NCBI GenBank assembly: GCA_964505065.1
Contig: CAZDGF010000009.1
Location: 1,226 to 65,225 of the forward strand
Direction: 5' to 3'
DNA: 64,000 nt
Source of the DNA: an uncultured Chitinophaga sp.
GTDB lineage: Bacteria; Bacteroidota; Bacteroidia; NS11-12g; UBA955
Shown here: positions 28,299 to 38,303 of the stretch, piece by piece
Layout: each line of letters begins with the position of its first letter
Numbering within the stretch: position 1 is the stretch's first letter
Notes under the pieces: generated by a model
Database searches by the model: none
Seen by the model: only the letters and a program-made list of their open reading frames with translations
Told to the model about the DNA's origin: nothing
Position numbers and translations under genes: made by a program

Positions 28299-29519
28299 AT
28301 GGCAATGCAATATCTTAAAAAACTAACCAAACATCTTGCTTTTTATGTTATTGTAGCTATTGTATTAGGCTTAGTAGTTGGTCATTTTTTCCCTCAATTT
28401 GCCACTTCTGATAGTATTAAAAAACTTGGCGAAAGGTTTATTCAATTAATTAAATGTTTTATAGCTCCTATTATTTTTTTTACCATTGTGCTGGGCATTA
28501 GCAGTATGGGCAATTTAAAAAAAGTGGGGCGCATAGGGCTAAAATCTTTGTTGTATTTTGAAATTGTAACTACCGTAGCATTAGCCATAGGCATAGCTGT
28601 GGCTTTAATTGTAAAACCTGGCAGAATAGATAAAACTAATTTACACATACAAGATGCCACAAAATTCACTTCTAAAGCCAATGAAAACTTTGATTGGATA
28701 GCTTTTTTTAAAGACAATTTAACCATTCAAGTATTGCTATTTGCTATTATTATGGGCATTGTTATTACCTTTTTAAAACAAAGAGAAACCATTGTTTCTA
28801 AATTAGAAATAGGCGCAAAATATGTATTTTTAGCTTTAAAATATGCCATGTATTTAGCCCCAATTGGTGCTTTTGCAGCTATGGCTTATACCATTGGCAA
28901 GTTTGGGCTGCATACGCTTGTGCCTTTAGCCAAACTTATGGGCTGTATGTATATTACCATGTTTTTGTTTATTGTATTGGTATTGGGCAGTATTATGCGC
29001 TATTACAAATTAAGTATTTTTAAATTTATACGCTACATAAAAGATGAATTGCTATTGGTATTTGGCACCTCATCTTCCGAGCCTGCAATGCCCCTACTTA
29101 TGCAAAAATTAGAAAAGGCAGGATGCAGCAAGCCTGTTGTAGGTTTGGTAGTGCCTACAGGGTATTCTTTCAATTTAGATGGCACATCTATTTATCTTTC
29201 TATGGCGGCTATATTTTTAGCACAATTGTACAATGTGCAGCTTTCTATGGGCGAGTTGGCAGTATTGTTAGGTGTGCTTATGCTTACCTCAAAAGGTGCT
29301 GCAGGGGTTACAGGCAGCGGTTTTATAGTATTAGCCTCTACCCTTTCTGCCCTGCACACAATACCATTAGAGGGCTTGGGCTTTCTGTTGGGTGTAGATA
29401 AATTTATGAGCGAGGCACGGGCATTAACCAACTTAATAGGCAATGGTGTAGCCACTATAGCCATAGCCAACCACGAGGGGGAATTTGATACGGCAAAATA
29501 TTTGGAAGCAACGGTATAA
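28299..29519 (+). CDS. Dicarboxylate/amino acid:cation symporter (DAACS; DctA/GltP-like)
   Basis: FGTSSSEPAMP, PTGYSFNLDGT, SKGAAGVTGSGFIVL, VDKFMSEARALTNLIGN. Confidence 0.85.
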   Translation: MAMQYLKKLTKHLAFYVIVAIVLGLVVGHFFPQFATSDSIKKLGERFIQLIKCFIAPIIFFTIVLGISSMGNLKKVGRIGLKSLLYFEIVTTVALAIGIAVALIVKPGRIDKTNLHIQDATKFTSKANENFDWIAFFKDNLTIQVLLFAIIMGIVITFLKQRETIVSKLEIGAKYVFLALKYAMYLAPIGAFAAMAYTIGKFGLHTLVPLAKLMGCMYITMFLFIVLVLGSIMRYYKLSIFKFIRYIKDELLLVFGTSSSEPAMPLLMQKLEKAGCSKPVVGLVVPTGYSFNLDGTSIYLSMAAIFLAQLYNVQLSMGELAVLLGVLMLTSKGAAGVTGSGFIVLASTLSALHTIPLEGLGFLLGVDKFMSEARALTNLIGNGVATIAIANHEGEFDTAKYLEATV

Positions 29520-29691
29520 ACAAATTAAGCCTTTTTGCTGCGCATGGTTCAAAGTTTTTGTAATTGTTTATATTGTTTGGTGTTTTCTTTGGGTTTGGTT
29601 CGTGCGGACACGCACCATAGCGAAGTTAAAATCAAAAATAAGTTATGGAAATAATTATTAACCTTAAAAGTAAAAATAAACTAAATTTGCA

Positions 29692-31563
29692 ATGATGAAA
29701 GAAATTGATAAAATATTAACTCAAATTGAGGATTGTATAACCAATGATTATTACCATTCAGTAGAAACTGAAAAGATTGAACTAAAACCTACTCCTCCTA
29801 ATTTAAAAAGTGCACATTCAATGCTACAGACTGTATGTGCATTTCTTAACACCAATGGTGGTATTCTTATAATTGGAATTAAAGACAATAACAATATTCC
29901 GAAAAAGCACTATGAATTAAAAGGCTATAATGAAGAAGCTGAAGGCATTTTAAAAAGTATCGGAACTCAATTTACAGACAAAGACAATAATCCTATTGAT
30001 GTAAGTGACTATATTTTAGGATATGAAGTTAAGCATCTTTTAAATAACAAAGTGTGCGTTGTGTATATTGATAATTTGCCCGATGAGTTAAAATTTGTTT
30101 TTTTAGAAAAAGTAGCATACAAAAGAATTATTACTGGCGACCACGCAATAGATGCAAATACTATTGAAGCTAATGAAGAACTCAAAGAAGAAAGAAAGAA
30201 TGCAAGGGAATTAAGTATTATTGAAGGTATTGAGTTAGATGAAATTGATATAGATAAATTGAATGATTACATCTATTTGTTGAACAAAGAAGTGAAAACT
30301 CAAACAACTAAACAGAACATTGAAGATGCGAAGCCCTTTTTAAGTAGAAAAAAATTTATTATTGGAGAAAGTGTAACAACCCTTGGAATGCTTGTTTGCG
30401 GAATGCATGTGAAAGATAACTTAGGCTGGAAATCTCAAGTTGATGGCTTTGTTGATACACCTTACGAAGTGGCTCAAGACAAAAAATCATTAATAGACAA
30501 TGTGATTCCATTAATAGAAAAAAGTTTGGGTTACATATTAAAAAATATACAGGTTGGTGTTACAATTGAAAAAGGTGGCTCCGCTAAACCAGAGTATCCT
30601 GAACAACTTTTGAGAGAAACTATTAATAATGCAATTGCACATAGAGATTACAGTATCGACAAGTATGTTAATATCAATATTAGACCTAATACACACATTG
30701 AAATAAGAAATCCGGGTTCTTTCAAAAAACAACTATTGATAGAGATACCCGAAAGTAAAATTCCTATACGCAGAATAATACCGGACTCTAAACCTCGTAA
30801 TCCAAAATTAGCAGATGTGCTGAAAGTTTTCGATAAATGGGAGGGAAAATCAAGAGGAATGAGCAATTTAGTAAATGAAGCATTGGATAATAAAATAGAT
30901 TTGCCTTACTATAGATTCTACAGTAAAGATGATTTAGGATTATTTATACAAAAAGGAAAACTAATAGATGAAAATTTCTTCTCATTCATAACATCATTTG
31001 ATTTGTTTATTGAAAAAAGTCTAAATGGTTCAAAACTCACAGATGATGAAATTGCAATTTTAGCTTATTTTTATAAATCAGAAAAAGCAAATTTGTTGTA
31101 TCGACATACAATTTTACTGACACCTGATAATAACCACTTTAATGCAATTGCACGTTTGGAAAATTCTGGACTGATTTATAAACACCAAGAAAGCCCAGTT
31201 TTATATCCTGTATATTTATTGAATCGTGAATTAATGAGAGAGGATTATATAACTGAACTTAGAGCTGTTTTTGGTGGAGAATTTGACAACATTTCAGAGT
31301 TGTCAAAACAAACATTATCCTTAATCTATCAAGTAAATAACTATAGCAAAAATAAATCTGTTAGTGCAACACAGGCAGGACGATTACTATATTATAAATT
31401 GAATTTACCTCTAAATGACATTAAGGAATTTGACAATTTTAAACGCAAGGTTTATGGAATATTTAAAAAATTAGTGTCAAGTCGTTTTTTAATTGCTGAC
31501 AATAAGAACTATTATATAAATAAGAACTATGAACGTAAAACTTCTTTATTCGACAAATCCTAA
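29692..31563 (+). CDS. AlbA_2 (Schlafen-like) plus HATPase_c_4 ATP-binding protein with an extended C-terminal putative wHTH region
   Basis: N-terminus ETEKIELKPTPPN...CAFLNTNGGILIIGIKDN (AlbA_2 / divergent AAA). Centre LRETINNAIAHRDYS (HATPase_c_4). About 200 extra C-terminal aa. Visibly lower GC than its neighbours. Confidence 0.65.
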   Translation: MMKEIDKILTQIEDCITNDYYHSVETEKIELKPTPPNLKSAHSMLQTVCAFLNTNGGILIIGIKDNNNIPKKHYELKGYNEEAEGILKSIGTQFTDKDNNPIDVSDYILGYEVKHLLNNKVCVVYIDNLPDELKFVFLEKVAYKRIITGDHAIDANTIEANEELKEERKNARELSIIEGIELDEIDIDKLNDYIYLLNKEVKTQTTKQNIEDAKPFLSRKKFIIGESVTTLGMLVCGMHVKDNLGWKSQVDGFVDTPYEVAQDKKSLIDNVIPLIEKSLGYILKNIQVGVTIEKGGSAKPEYPEQLLRETINNAIAHRDYSIDKYVNINIRPNTHIEIRNPGSFKKQLLIEIPESKIPIRRIIPDSKPRNPKLADVLKVFDKWEGKSRGMSNLVNEALDNKIDLPYYRFYSKDDLGLFIQKGKLIDENFFSFITSFDLFIEKSLNGSKLTDDEIAILAYFYKSEKANLLYRHTILLTPDNNHFNAIARLENSGLIYKHQESPVLYPVYLLNRELMREDYITELRAVFGGEFDNISELSKQTLSLIYQVNNYSKNKSVSATQAGRLLYYKLNLPLNDIKEFDNFKRKVYGIFKKLVSSRFLIADNKNYYINKNYERKTSLFDKS

Positions 31564-31799
31564 TTTTGTCTTCGAGTATTAGCTTTCTTTGCCTCTGGCA
31601 TTTTTAAAACACAAAGCAAAGATACAACAGGCGGCAGCAAGCGTTAGGGATAGAAGCGTAAAGCCCACAGTCCCGAGTATTCGGGACGAGGACTTGTAGC
31701 GCATAGCCCGACCCTTTAGGGAAACGCCCAAATAGGTTTTTTTTAAAATATTTTAAAGCCTTGAGGCAACTTTTTGCCAAAAATGGAGTTTATATAAGT

Positions 31800-33287
31800 A
31801 TGAAAGGTAAAATATTTAAAATTGTAAGCGTTTTTATATTTGCCTTTTGCTGCCCCAAAAAAGCCATAAGCCAGCATATTAGCACCCTTGGTATGAGCAA
31901 TTATGGTGTAGTGCATTCGTATTATATCAATCCCTCTTTAAATGCCTATAGCAAATACAAATGGCAGATAAACTTGGGTGGTGGGTGGCTAAATTTTAAC
32001 AACAATTATATAACCCATAAGCTGCCTTTTAGCGCCTATAAGCTGCCCAACAATGTGCCTAAAGCTTACCAAGATGAAAACGGCAACCTAAAATGGAACA
32101 GGGCTTGGCTTACCGAAAAAATGAATGGCAGCAACAAACATTTGGCTTTAACAACAGATATTTACGGACCTTCGGCATCGGTTCAAATAAAAACTTGGCG
32201 GGTAGGCTTTATAAGTTCGGCAAATTTTAATGCCCGTGTATATAGACTGCCCGAAAATTTAGCCCATGCTATTTTCAAAGAGTTTGATTCTACCAAAGGG
32301 GCATTTTCTGAATTTAAAACCTTTGAACAAGGAGGCGACAACACCATTAAAAAATTTAATATTACTGCCAATTCTCGTATTTCGGCAGGGCTAAATTTAA
32401 GCAAAGCCATAGCTTTAAATTTTAACCGACAACTGCTGCTTGGGGCTACCATAAAACGCCATTGGGGAATGCCTGGCGTGTATTTAAACAACCAAGGGCT
32501 AACACTAAAAACCATAAACCCCGATAGTGTTGTATTTATGCCTATGGCTATACAAATGGTAAGCTTTGGCAATACCGTAGGCAAAGGCATGGGCTACGAT
32601 ATAGGCGCTACCTACATTTTTAATAAAAAACCACAAAAACGCAATATATATTACCATAAAAATATAACCAATTATTATGCTAAAATAGGGTTTGCCATAT
32701 TGGATATTGGCAAAATAACCTACCAAAATGCACAGTTTACAACGCTTACCACCAACAGAGAAATTGGTATAAATAGCAATACTTTTTATATCAATAATAA
32801 CAATTATTTGGCTACTGCCGATTCGTTTTTAAATGCCTTTGGCACAATACAAAAATATACGGCAAACTATACAGTAGGCTTGCCTACTCGCCTTACAATA
32901 AGCAGCGATTTTCAATTGCGGAAAAACATTTTTTTAGCCACCATACTTACCCAAAGCCTAAGAAAACGCAGCAGCCAGCACGCGCGTTACCAAAGTACAT
33001 TAATGATAAGCCCACGTTGGGAATACCGCTATTTTGAGTTTTCATTGCCCGCCCTTTTGGCATATGATTATAGGTCTTTTCGCTTGGGTGCTTCGTTTAG
33101 GTTTGGTCCTTTGTATATTGGAAGCAATAGTATTTATAGTTTTATAAATACCAAAGCTATAAAAGATGCCGATATATTTGTAGGCATAGCTTTTGGTAAC
33201 AATCCTAATTTTAATTTAAAAACAATATTTAAGCGCAAAAAAGCCGCTGCTGCTAAAGGTAAATTGGGTTGTTTTAAATCTTTTTAA
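31800..33287 (+). CDS. Putative outer-membrane beta-barrel protein (DUF5723-like)
   Basis: Signal peptide MKGKIFKIVSVFIFAFCC...AISQ. Gly/aromatic beta-strand pattern. Family assignment is weak. Confidence 0.4.
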   Translation: MKGKIFKIVSVFIFAFCCPKKAISQHISTLGMSNYGVVHSYYINPSLNAYSKYKWQINLGGGWLNFNNNYITHKLPFSAYKLPNNVPKAYQDENGNLKWNRAWLTEKMNGSNKHLALTTDIYGPSASVQIKTWRVGFISSANFNARVYRLPENLAHAIFKEFDSTKGAFSEFKTFEQGGDNTIKKFNITANSRISAGLNLSKAIALNFNRQLLLGATIKRHWGMPGVYLNNQGLTLKTINPDSVVFMPMAIQMVSFGNTVGKGMGYDIGATYIFNKKPQKRNIYYHKNITNYYAKIGFAILDIGKITYQNAQFTTLTTNREIGINSNTFYINNNNYLATADSFLNAFGTIQKYTANYTVGLPTRLTISSDFQLRKNIFLATILTQSLRKRSSQHARYQSTLMISPRWEYRYFEFSLPALLAYDYRSFRLGASFRFGPLYIGSNSIYSFINTKAIKDADIFVGIAFGNNPNFNLKTIFKRKKAAAAKGKLGCFKSF

Positions 33288-33348
33288 TTTATCAAAATTT
33301 AATATTTAGCCCTTAATAATGCCATAAATACATTGTATAATTGCGGAC

Positions 33349-34239
33349 ATGAAATTTGGTGCTATAGATATAGGTTCTAATGGTGTAAGGCTTTTAATAG
33401 CGCGCCCTTTGCAATTAGACAACCTAAAACCAGAATGGAAAAAAGTAGAGTTTACACGCTTGCCCCTGCGCCTTGGCGATGATGTATTTAGCACCAAAGA
33501 AATTAGCAAAAAAAAATTAGACCTTTTACTTAAAGCCATGAAAGCTTTTTCGCTGCTTATGGATATTTACAATGTAGATTTTATTAGGGCTTGCGCTACA
33601 AGTGCTATGCGAGATGCCAAAAATTCTGATAAAATTATTAAGCTAATAAAAAAAGAAACAGGTATTAATATTGATGTTATTACAGGCTCGGTAGAAAGCA
33701 AATTGATAATGAATGCTTTTTTACATTTGCTACCTGCCAATGATACTTTTTTGCATATTGATGTTGGTGGCGGCAGTACAGAGCTTACTTTGATTCAAAA
33801 CAACAAACCATTGGTTACCAAAAGCTTTAACATAGGCACCGTAAGGGCAAGAGAAAACAAGGTAAAAGATGAAGAAGTTTTAAAACTACATGCTTGGGTT
33901 AAGGAAAATATAAGTTGGGTACCTAAACTAAAAGGCATAGGTACTGGGGGCAATATTCACAAACTGGGCGAACTTGCCAATGTGCCTATTGGGGGCTATT
34001 TAAGTGTAAAAAAATTGGAACAACTAACGGAAGATATAGAACAAATGGACCAAAACGAAAGGGTTTACCATTTGAAACTAAATCCTGATAGAGCAGAGGT
34101 TATAGATATTGCAGGCAGAATTTATCTTGATATTTTTAAAAAAACCACAATTGAAGAAATATTGACACCACATCAAAGTTTAAAAGATGGTATTATACAA
34201 GATATGTGGGAAAGGTATTTTACCAAGCAAAAGGATTAG
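33349..34239 (+). CDS. Ppx/GppA-family phosphatase (short form)
   Basis: KFGAIDIGSNGVRLLIA, DVGGGSTEL, GTGGN (ASKHA-fold motifs). Confidence 0.8.
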   Translation: MKFGAIDIGSNGVRLLIARPLQLDNLKPEWKKVEFTRLPLRLGDDVFSTKEISKKKLDLLLKAMKAFSLLMDIYNVDFIRACATSAMRDAKNSDKIIKLIKKETGINIDVITGSVESKLIMNAFLHLLPANDTFLHIDVGGGSTELTLIQNNKPLVTKSFNIGTVRARENKVKDEEVLKLHAWVKENISWVPKLKGIGTGGNIHKLGELANVPIGGYLSVKKLEQLTEDIEQMDQNERVYHLKLNPDRAEVIDIAGRIYLDIFKKTTIEEILTPHQSLKDGIIQDMWERYFTKQKD

Positions 34240-34254
34240 GAAGCCAAGCCTATC

Positions 34255-34302
34255 CTCCGCTTTGGCGGAGCAGGCTCAAAATCCCTTTCCAAAGGAAAGG
34301 GA
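34255..34302. terminator. Two GC-rich hairpins between convergent genes (candidate bidirectional terminators)
   Basis: CTCCGC-TTTG-GCGGAG (34255-34270) and TCCCTTTCC-AAA-GGAAAGGGA (34282-34302). Located between the ppx stop (34239) and the hmgA stop (34353). Confidence 0.5.
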
Positions 34303-34352
34303 CTTTGAACCGAAATAAAATCAAAAATCAAAATTTAACAAATCAAAAATAA

Positions 34353-35510
34353 TTACTCAACCCAACTTAAATAATAGCTTGGGTCTTCAATATTCATAGC
34401 TGCTTCTGTAATTTGTAAGGGATAAAATGGGTCTATCATTACGGCTAATTCTTTGGTTTCTGTTTTACCAATACTTTTTTCTACTGTGCCTGGGTGTGGT
34501 CCGTGCGGTATGCCTTTAGGGTGCAAGGTTATCATGCCTTTTTCTACATGTTTACGGCTCATAAAATCGCCATCTACATAATACAATACTTCATCGCTAT
34601 CTACATTGCTATGGTTATATGGTGCAGGAATACTTTGCGGATGGTAATCGTACATACGAGGCACAAAAGAGCAGATTACAAAATTATGCCCTTCAAAAGT
34701 TTGATGAATGGGCGGTGGCATGTGCACTCTGCCTGTTATAGGCTCATAATTATGAATACTAAAACCATAAGGATATACCAAACCGTCCCAACCTATGGCA
34801 TCAAAAGGATGTGCGGCATAAGTGTATGGAAACAATTGATTCCCTTTTTTAATCATCACTTTAAAATCGCCTTCTTCATCGTGGGTTTGTAGGTTTTGTG
34901 GCAATTTTATATCACGCTCGCAATAGGGCGAATGCTCTAAAAACTGACCGTAATTGTTCAAATATCTTTTTGGTGGGCGAATAGGGCTAAAACTTTCTGC
35001 AATAAACAAACGGTTGTTGCTATCGTTAAACTCTAATTGATAAATAATACCACGAGGAACTACCAAATAATCGCCATATTCAAAAGGTATTTCGCCATAA
35101 AGCGTTTTTAGTTTTCCGCTGCCCTCGTGTATAAAAAGCACTTCATCTGCATCTGCATTTTTGTAAAAATAATTGGTCATGCTTTGTTGAGGTGCAGCTG
35201 TAGCCAAATACACATCTTTGTTGAACAATTGTATCACACGACTTTCTAAATAATCTGCCTTTGCAGGGGTATTAAAAGTTAAAAAACTTCTGTTTTGCAT
35301 ATTGTTGGCAATAGCCGCTTTTGGTGCTACATCTATAGGCGTGCCAATGGCTTTTACCAAAGTTGGTGGATGAGTATGGTACACCAAAGAGTAAATACTG
35401 GAAAAACCTTCGGTACTTACCAACTCTTCAGAATATAGGCTACCATTGGGTTTGCGAAACTGTGTATGTCTTTTTGCAGGAATTTTTCCTGCGGTATAAT
35501 AAAATGGCAT
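34353..35510 (-). CDS. hmgA: Homogentisate 1,2-dioxygenase
   Basis: MPFYYTAGKIPAKRHTQF...EELVSTEGFSSIYSLVYHTHPPT and C-terminal HPKGIPHGPHPG. Confidence 0.9.
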   Translation of the reverse strand: MPFYYTAGKIPAKRHTQFRKPNGSLYSEELVSTEGFSSIYSLVYHTHPPTLVKAIGTPIDVAPKAAIANNMQNRSFLTFNTPAKADYLESRVIQLFNKDVYLATAAPQQSMTNYFYKNADADEVLFIHEGSGKLKTLYGEIPFEYGDYLVVPRGIIYQLEFNDSNNRLFIAESFSPIRPPKRYLNNYGQFLEHSPYCERDIKLPQNLQTHDEEGDFKVMIKKGNQLFPYTYAAHPFDAIGWDGLVYPYGFSIHNYEPITGRVHMPPPIHQTFEGHNFVICSFVPRMYDYHPQSIPAPYNHSNVDSDEVLYYVDGDFMSRKHVEKGMITLHPKGIPHGPHPGTVEKSIGKTETKELAVMIDPFYPLQITEAAMNIEDPSYYLSWVE

Positions 35511-35555
35511 TATTTACGTTTAAATTTGTGGGTAAAATTAATCATTTTTGTAAAT

Positions 35556-36593
35556 ATGTTAAACTTTAAAAATATTTGTTTCTCTACATTGCTTGTTCTT
35601 GGCTTTATTGCAACACAAGGCTGCAAAAAAAACACGGCTTATAGATACATTAGCGATACTGACACTACCTTTAGTGCCGATGTTAGAGCCATTTCTAAAA
35701 AAATAAACAATGCACCTACAAATGCCGAATTGTTTTATATCCGTGCCAAAACTTTTTATTTTATTGATAAATACAAAGATGCGCTTATAGATATAGATTA
35801 TGCCTTGGTTTTAGACTCAATAAACCCTTTATATCATTTTACCAAAGGGCAATACCTTATGGCTGGCGATACTGCCAATGCGAAAGAGGCAGAAAAAAGC
35901 TATAACAATGCCATACGTTTAAAAAAGGATTACTTAGAGGCTTATTTAGCCATTGCCAAAATTCAATTTGCGAAACAAAATTATACCAATGCGGAGCAAA
36001 ACTATTTTGAAGCAAGCAAACTCGACCCCTCCAATGCCCTACCCTATTTTTATATTGGGCTTATGGCAAAAGAGCAAAAAGATACTGCCAAAGCCATTGC
36101 GCTATTCGAAAAAACATTGGCTTACGATGATAAATATTACGATGCCATTATGCAATTGGCAAATTATTATGCTGAAAAAAACGATAAAAAATGTGTAGCC
36201 CTTTTTGATAAAGCATTAAAAATAAACGAATTTAGCGATGAGGCTTTATATGCCAAAGGGCTATTTCTGCAAAATCAAAATTTGTACAAAGATGCATCAA
36301 TATTATACCAAGAAGTAGCAAAAATAAACCCATCGCACAAGTTTTGTAGATACAATTTAGCCTATATTAATACCCATTTTAAAAATTATACTGATGCTTT
36401 AGATTTGCTAAACGAAACCATAAAACTTGATGAAAACTATGCAGATGCCTATACTTTAAGAGGCTTTGTAAAAGAAAATATGCGCAATACCTTAGGTGCA
36501 AATTCTGATTATCAAATGGCTTTGCAATTGGATAAAGAGCAAAAATTGGCTACTGAAGGCTTAAAAAGAGTAAAAGTAATTACCTCTTTCTAA
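35556..36593 (+). CDS. TPR-repeat lipoprotein
   Basis: MLNFKNICFSTLLVLGFIATQGC lipobox, then multiple TPR units (AEKSYNNAIRLKKDYLEAY...). The track start at 35466 would overlap hmgA. Confidence 0.75.
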   Translation: MLNFKNICFSTLLVLGFIATQGCKKNTAYRYISDTDTTFSADVRAISKKINNAPTNAELFYIRAKTFYFIDKYKDALIDIDYALVLDSINPLYHFTKGQYLMAGDTANAKEAEKSYNNAIRLKKDYLEAYLAIAKIQFAKQNYTNAEQNYFEASKLDPSNALPYFYIGLMAKEQKDTAKAIALFEKTLAYDDKYYDAIMQLANYYAEKNDKKCVALFDKALKINEFSDEALYAKGLFLQNQNLYKDASILYQEVAKINPSHKFCRYNLAYINTHFKNYTDALDLLNETIKLDENYADAYTLRGFVKENMRNTLGANSDYQMALQLDKEQKLATEGLKRVKVITSF

Positions 36594-37029
36594 AATAAAT
36601 TTCGGCTGGGCTGCCGTTATACTCTAATGCTAACTGCATTTTATCGTTGGAGAGTGAAATAATATCTGCCGTATCTGTTAAATTCAAAATTGTAGCTTTT
36701 ACCTTTTTTCTACCATCTATAAATTGCCAATCAGATGTTGTGGAATCATCTGTTCCGCATTTCAATGTGTTTTCGTACGATACCAAAAGACTATCTTTAT
36801 AAAATCTATAACTGTCGTCTTTTAAGCATTTTTGAATAACCCCTGGAAAATTCCAAACGCTTGTTCCACTTGTTTTTACATCATATATTTCCCATTGGTG
36901 TGCCGTTAATTTAAGCATTATGCTATCTACAGCAGGAGTAAAATTTTCTGGAGTTTTTGGTGGTTCTACCTTTTTTTTACAACTGTAAGCCAAGGCAATT
37001 ATTATAGCAGAAATAAATACTTTTTGCAT
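36580..37029 (-). CDS. Lipocalin-like lipoprotein (tandem paralog A)
   Basis: Lipobox ALAYSC. W-x-I...SG...W...C-KD--Y-F...LKC pattern shared with the adjacent gene. Confidence 0.5.
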   Translation of the reverse strand: MQKVFISAIIIALAYSCKKKVEPPKTPENFTPAVDSIMLKLTAHQWEIYDVKTSGTSVWNFPGVIQKCLKDDSYRFYKDSLLVSYENTLKCGTDDSTTSDWQFIDGRKKVKATILNLTDTADIISLSNDKMQLALEYNGSPAEIYFRKR

Positions 37030-37036
37030 GTTAAAA

Positions 37037-37504
37037 TTAATGTTTGAAAGTTACAACTCCATCTAATCCACTATATTTTACTTTCAACTGTAATGTACTA
37101 CCATCTAAAGTATTCACATCGCTTGTATCATCAATAATTATTGTGCTTGTTAATTTTAAATTGATATACATTTTGCTATCGCTTATCAATTTGTAAGCAC
37201 TATTGGTGCTATCTGGGTCGGCTGCATCACATTTTAAAGGTGTATCAAACCCTGTCAATATATTATTGGTTTTAAACTTATAAGTATTGTCTTTATTACA
37301 ATCTTTTACAATAAAAGGATTGCTCCAATAATCGCTACCACTAACAATTAATGATTGAATTTTCCATAATCCTTCAGATAAGTATTCTTGCTTACTTTTC
37401 CCAGGTGTATTGTTAGTTGGTTCAGGGTTTTTGGTTTTATCTTTACAACTATAAATTACCACTGCACTCAAAAATGCTATTGAAAATATTTTTATTTTAT
37501 TCAT
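37037..37504 (-). CDS. Lipocalin-like lipoprotein (tandem paralog B)
   Basis: Lipobox VVIYSC. Same conserved scaffold as 36580..37029. Confidence 0.5.
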   Translation of the reverse strand: MNKIKIFSIAFLSAVVIYSCKDKTKNPEPTNNTPGKSKQEYLSEGLWKIQSLIVSGSDYWSNPFIVKDCNKDNTYKFKTNNILTGFDTPLKCDAADPDSTNSAYKLISDSKMYINLKLTSTIIIDDTSDVNTLDGSTLQLKVKYSGLDGVVTFKH

Positions 37505-37559
37505 AACTAAACAACAAATATACTAAAATTTAAAGTTATTTTGCAAACACAAAAAAAAT

Positions 37560-38303
37560 ATGGCTTGGTATAAAGATTGGTTCAATAGCAAATACTATCA
37601 TACTTTGTATGGTAAACGCAATGATGAAGAGGCAGAAGCAATGCTTTTAAACTTATTGAATATCTTAAATTTAAAGCCCAAACAAAAAGTATTGGATTTG
37701 GCTTGTGGCAAAGGCAGGCATTCCAAATTTTTAGCCAGCAAAGGCTTAAATGTATGGGGAATAGATTTGAGCGAAAACAGTATTGAATGCGCTAAAACCT
37801 ACGAAAATGAACACTTAAAATTTGAGGTACACGATATGCGCAAAGTATATAAACCACAATATTTTGATGCCGTTTTCAATCTATTTACAAGCTTTGGCTA
37901 TTTTGAAAGTTTTACAGATAATTTACAAACCTTAAAGGCTGTAAACGAAAATTTAAAACACAACGGCTTATTTATTCAAGATTATTTGAATGCAGATTAT
38001 GTAAAAGCCAACATAAAAGAATACCACGAACAAGAAATAGAAGGCATTAAATTTAAAATTAGAAAAAAAATAGAATTTTGTGCTGAAACAGAAAGCGAAA
38101 TGGTAGTTAAAACCATTAATTTTAATGCAGATAACGAGTATTTTCATTTTGAAGAGAAAGTAAGTCTTTTTACCCTTTCAGATTTTGAAGCCATGTATAG
38201 TATGGCTGGTTTAGAAATAGAAAACATTTATGGTAACTATCAATTTGAGCCTTTCAATAACCAACTTTCTGAAAGATTAATCTTAATTTCGAAGCCTGAA
38301 TAA
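37560..38303 (+). CDS. Class I SAM-dependent methyltransferase
   Basis: VLDLACGKGRHS (motif I), GIDLS, AVFNLFTSFGY. Confidence 0.8.
   Translation: MAWYKDWFNSKYYHTLYGKRNDEEAEAMLLNLLNILNLKPKQKVLDLACGKGRHSKFLASKGLNVWGIDLSENSIECAKTYENEHLKFEVHDMRKVYKPQYFDAVFNLFTSFGYFESFTDNLQTLKAVNENLKHNGLFIQDYLNADYVKANIKEYHEQEIEGIKFKIRKKIEFCAETESEMVVKTINFNADNEYFHFEEKVSLFTLSDFEAMYSMAGLEIENIYGNYQFEPFNNQLSERLILISKPE

Noticed and set aside
33306-33539. 77-aa minus-strand ORF overlapping the start of the ppx/gppA-family gene.
   Set aside because: It is antisense to a confidently recognised ASKHA-fold N-terminus, and its sequence has no features of a real protein.
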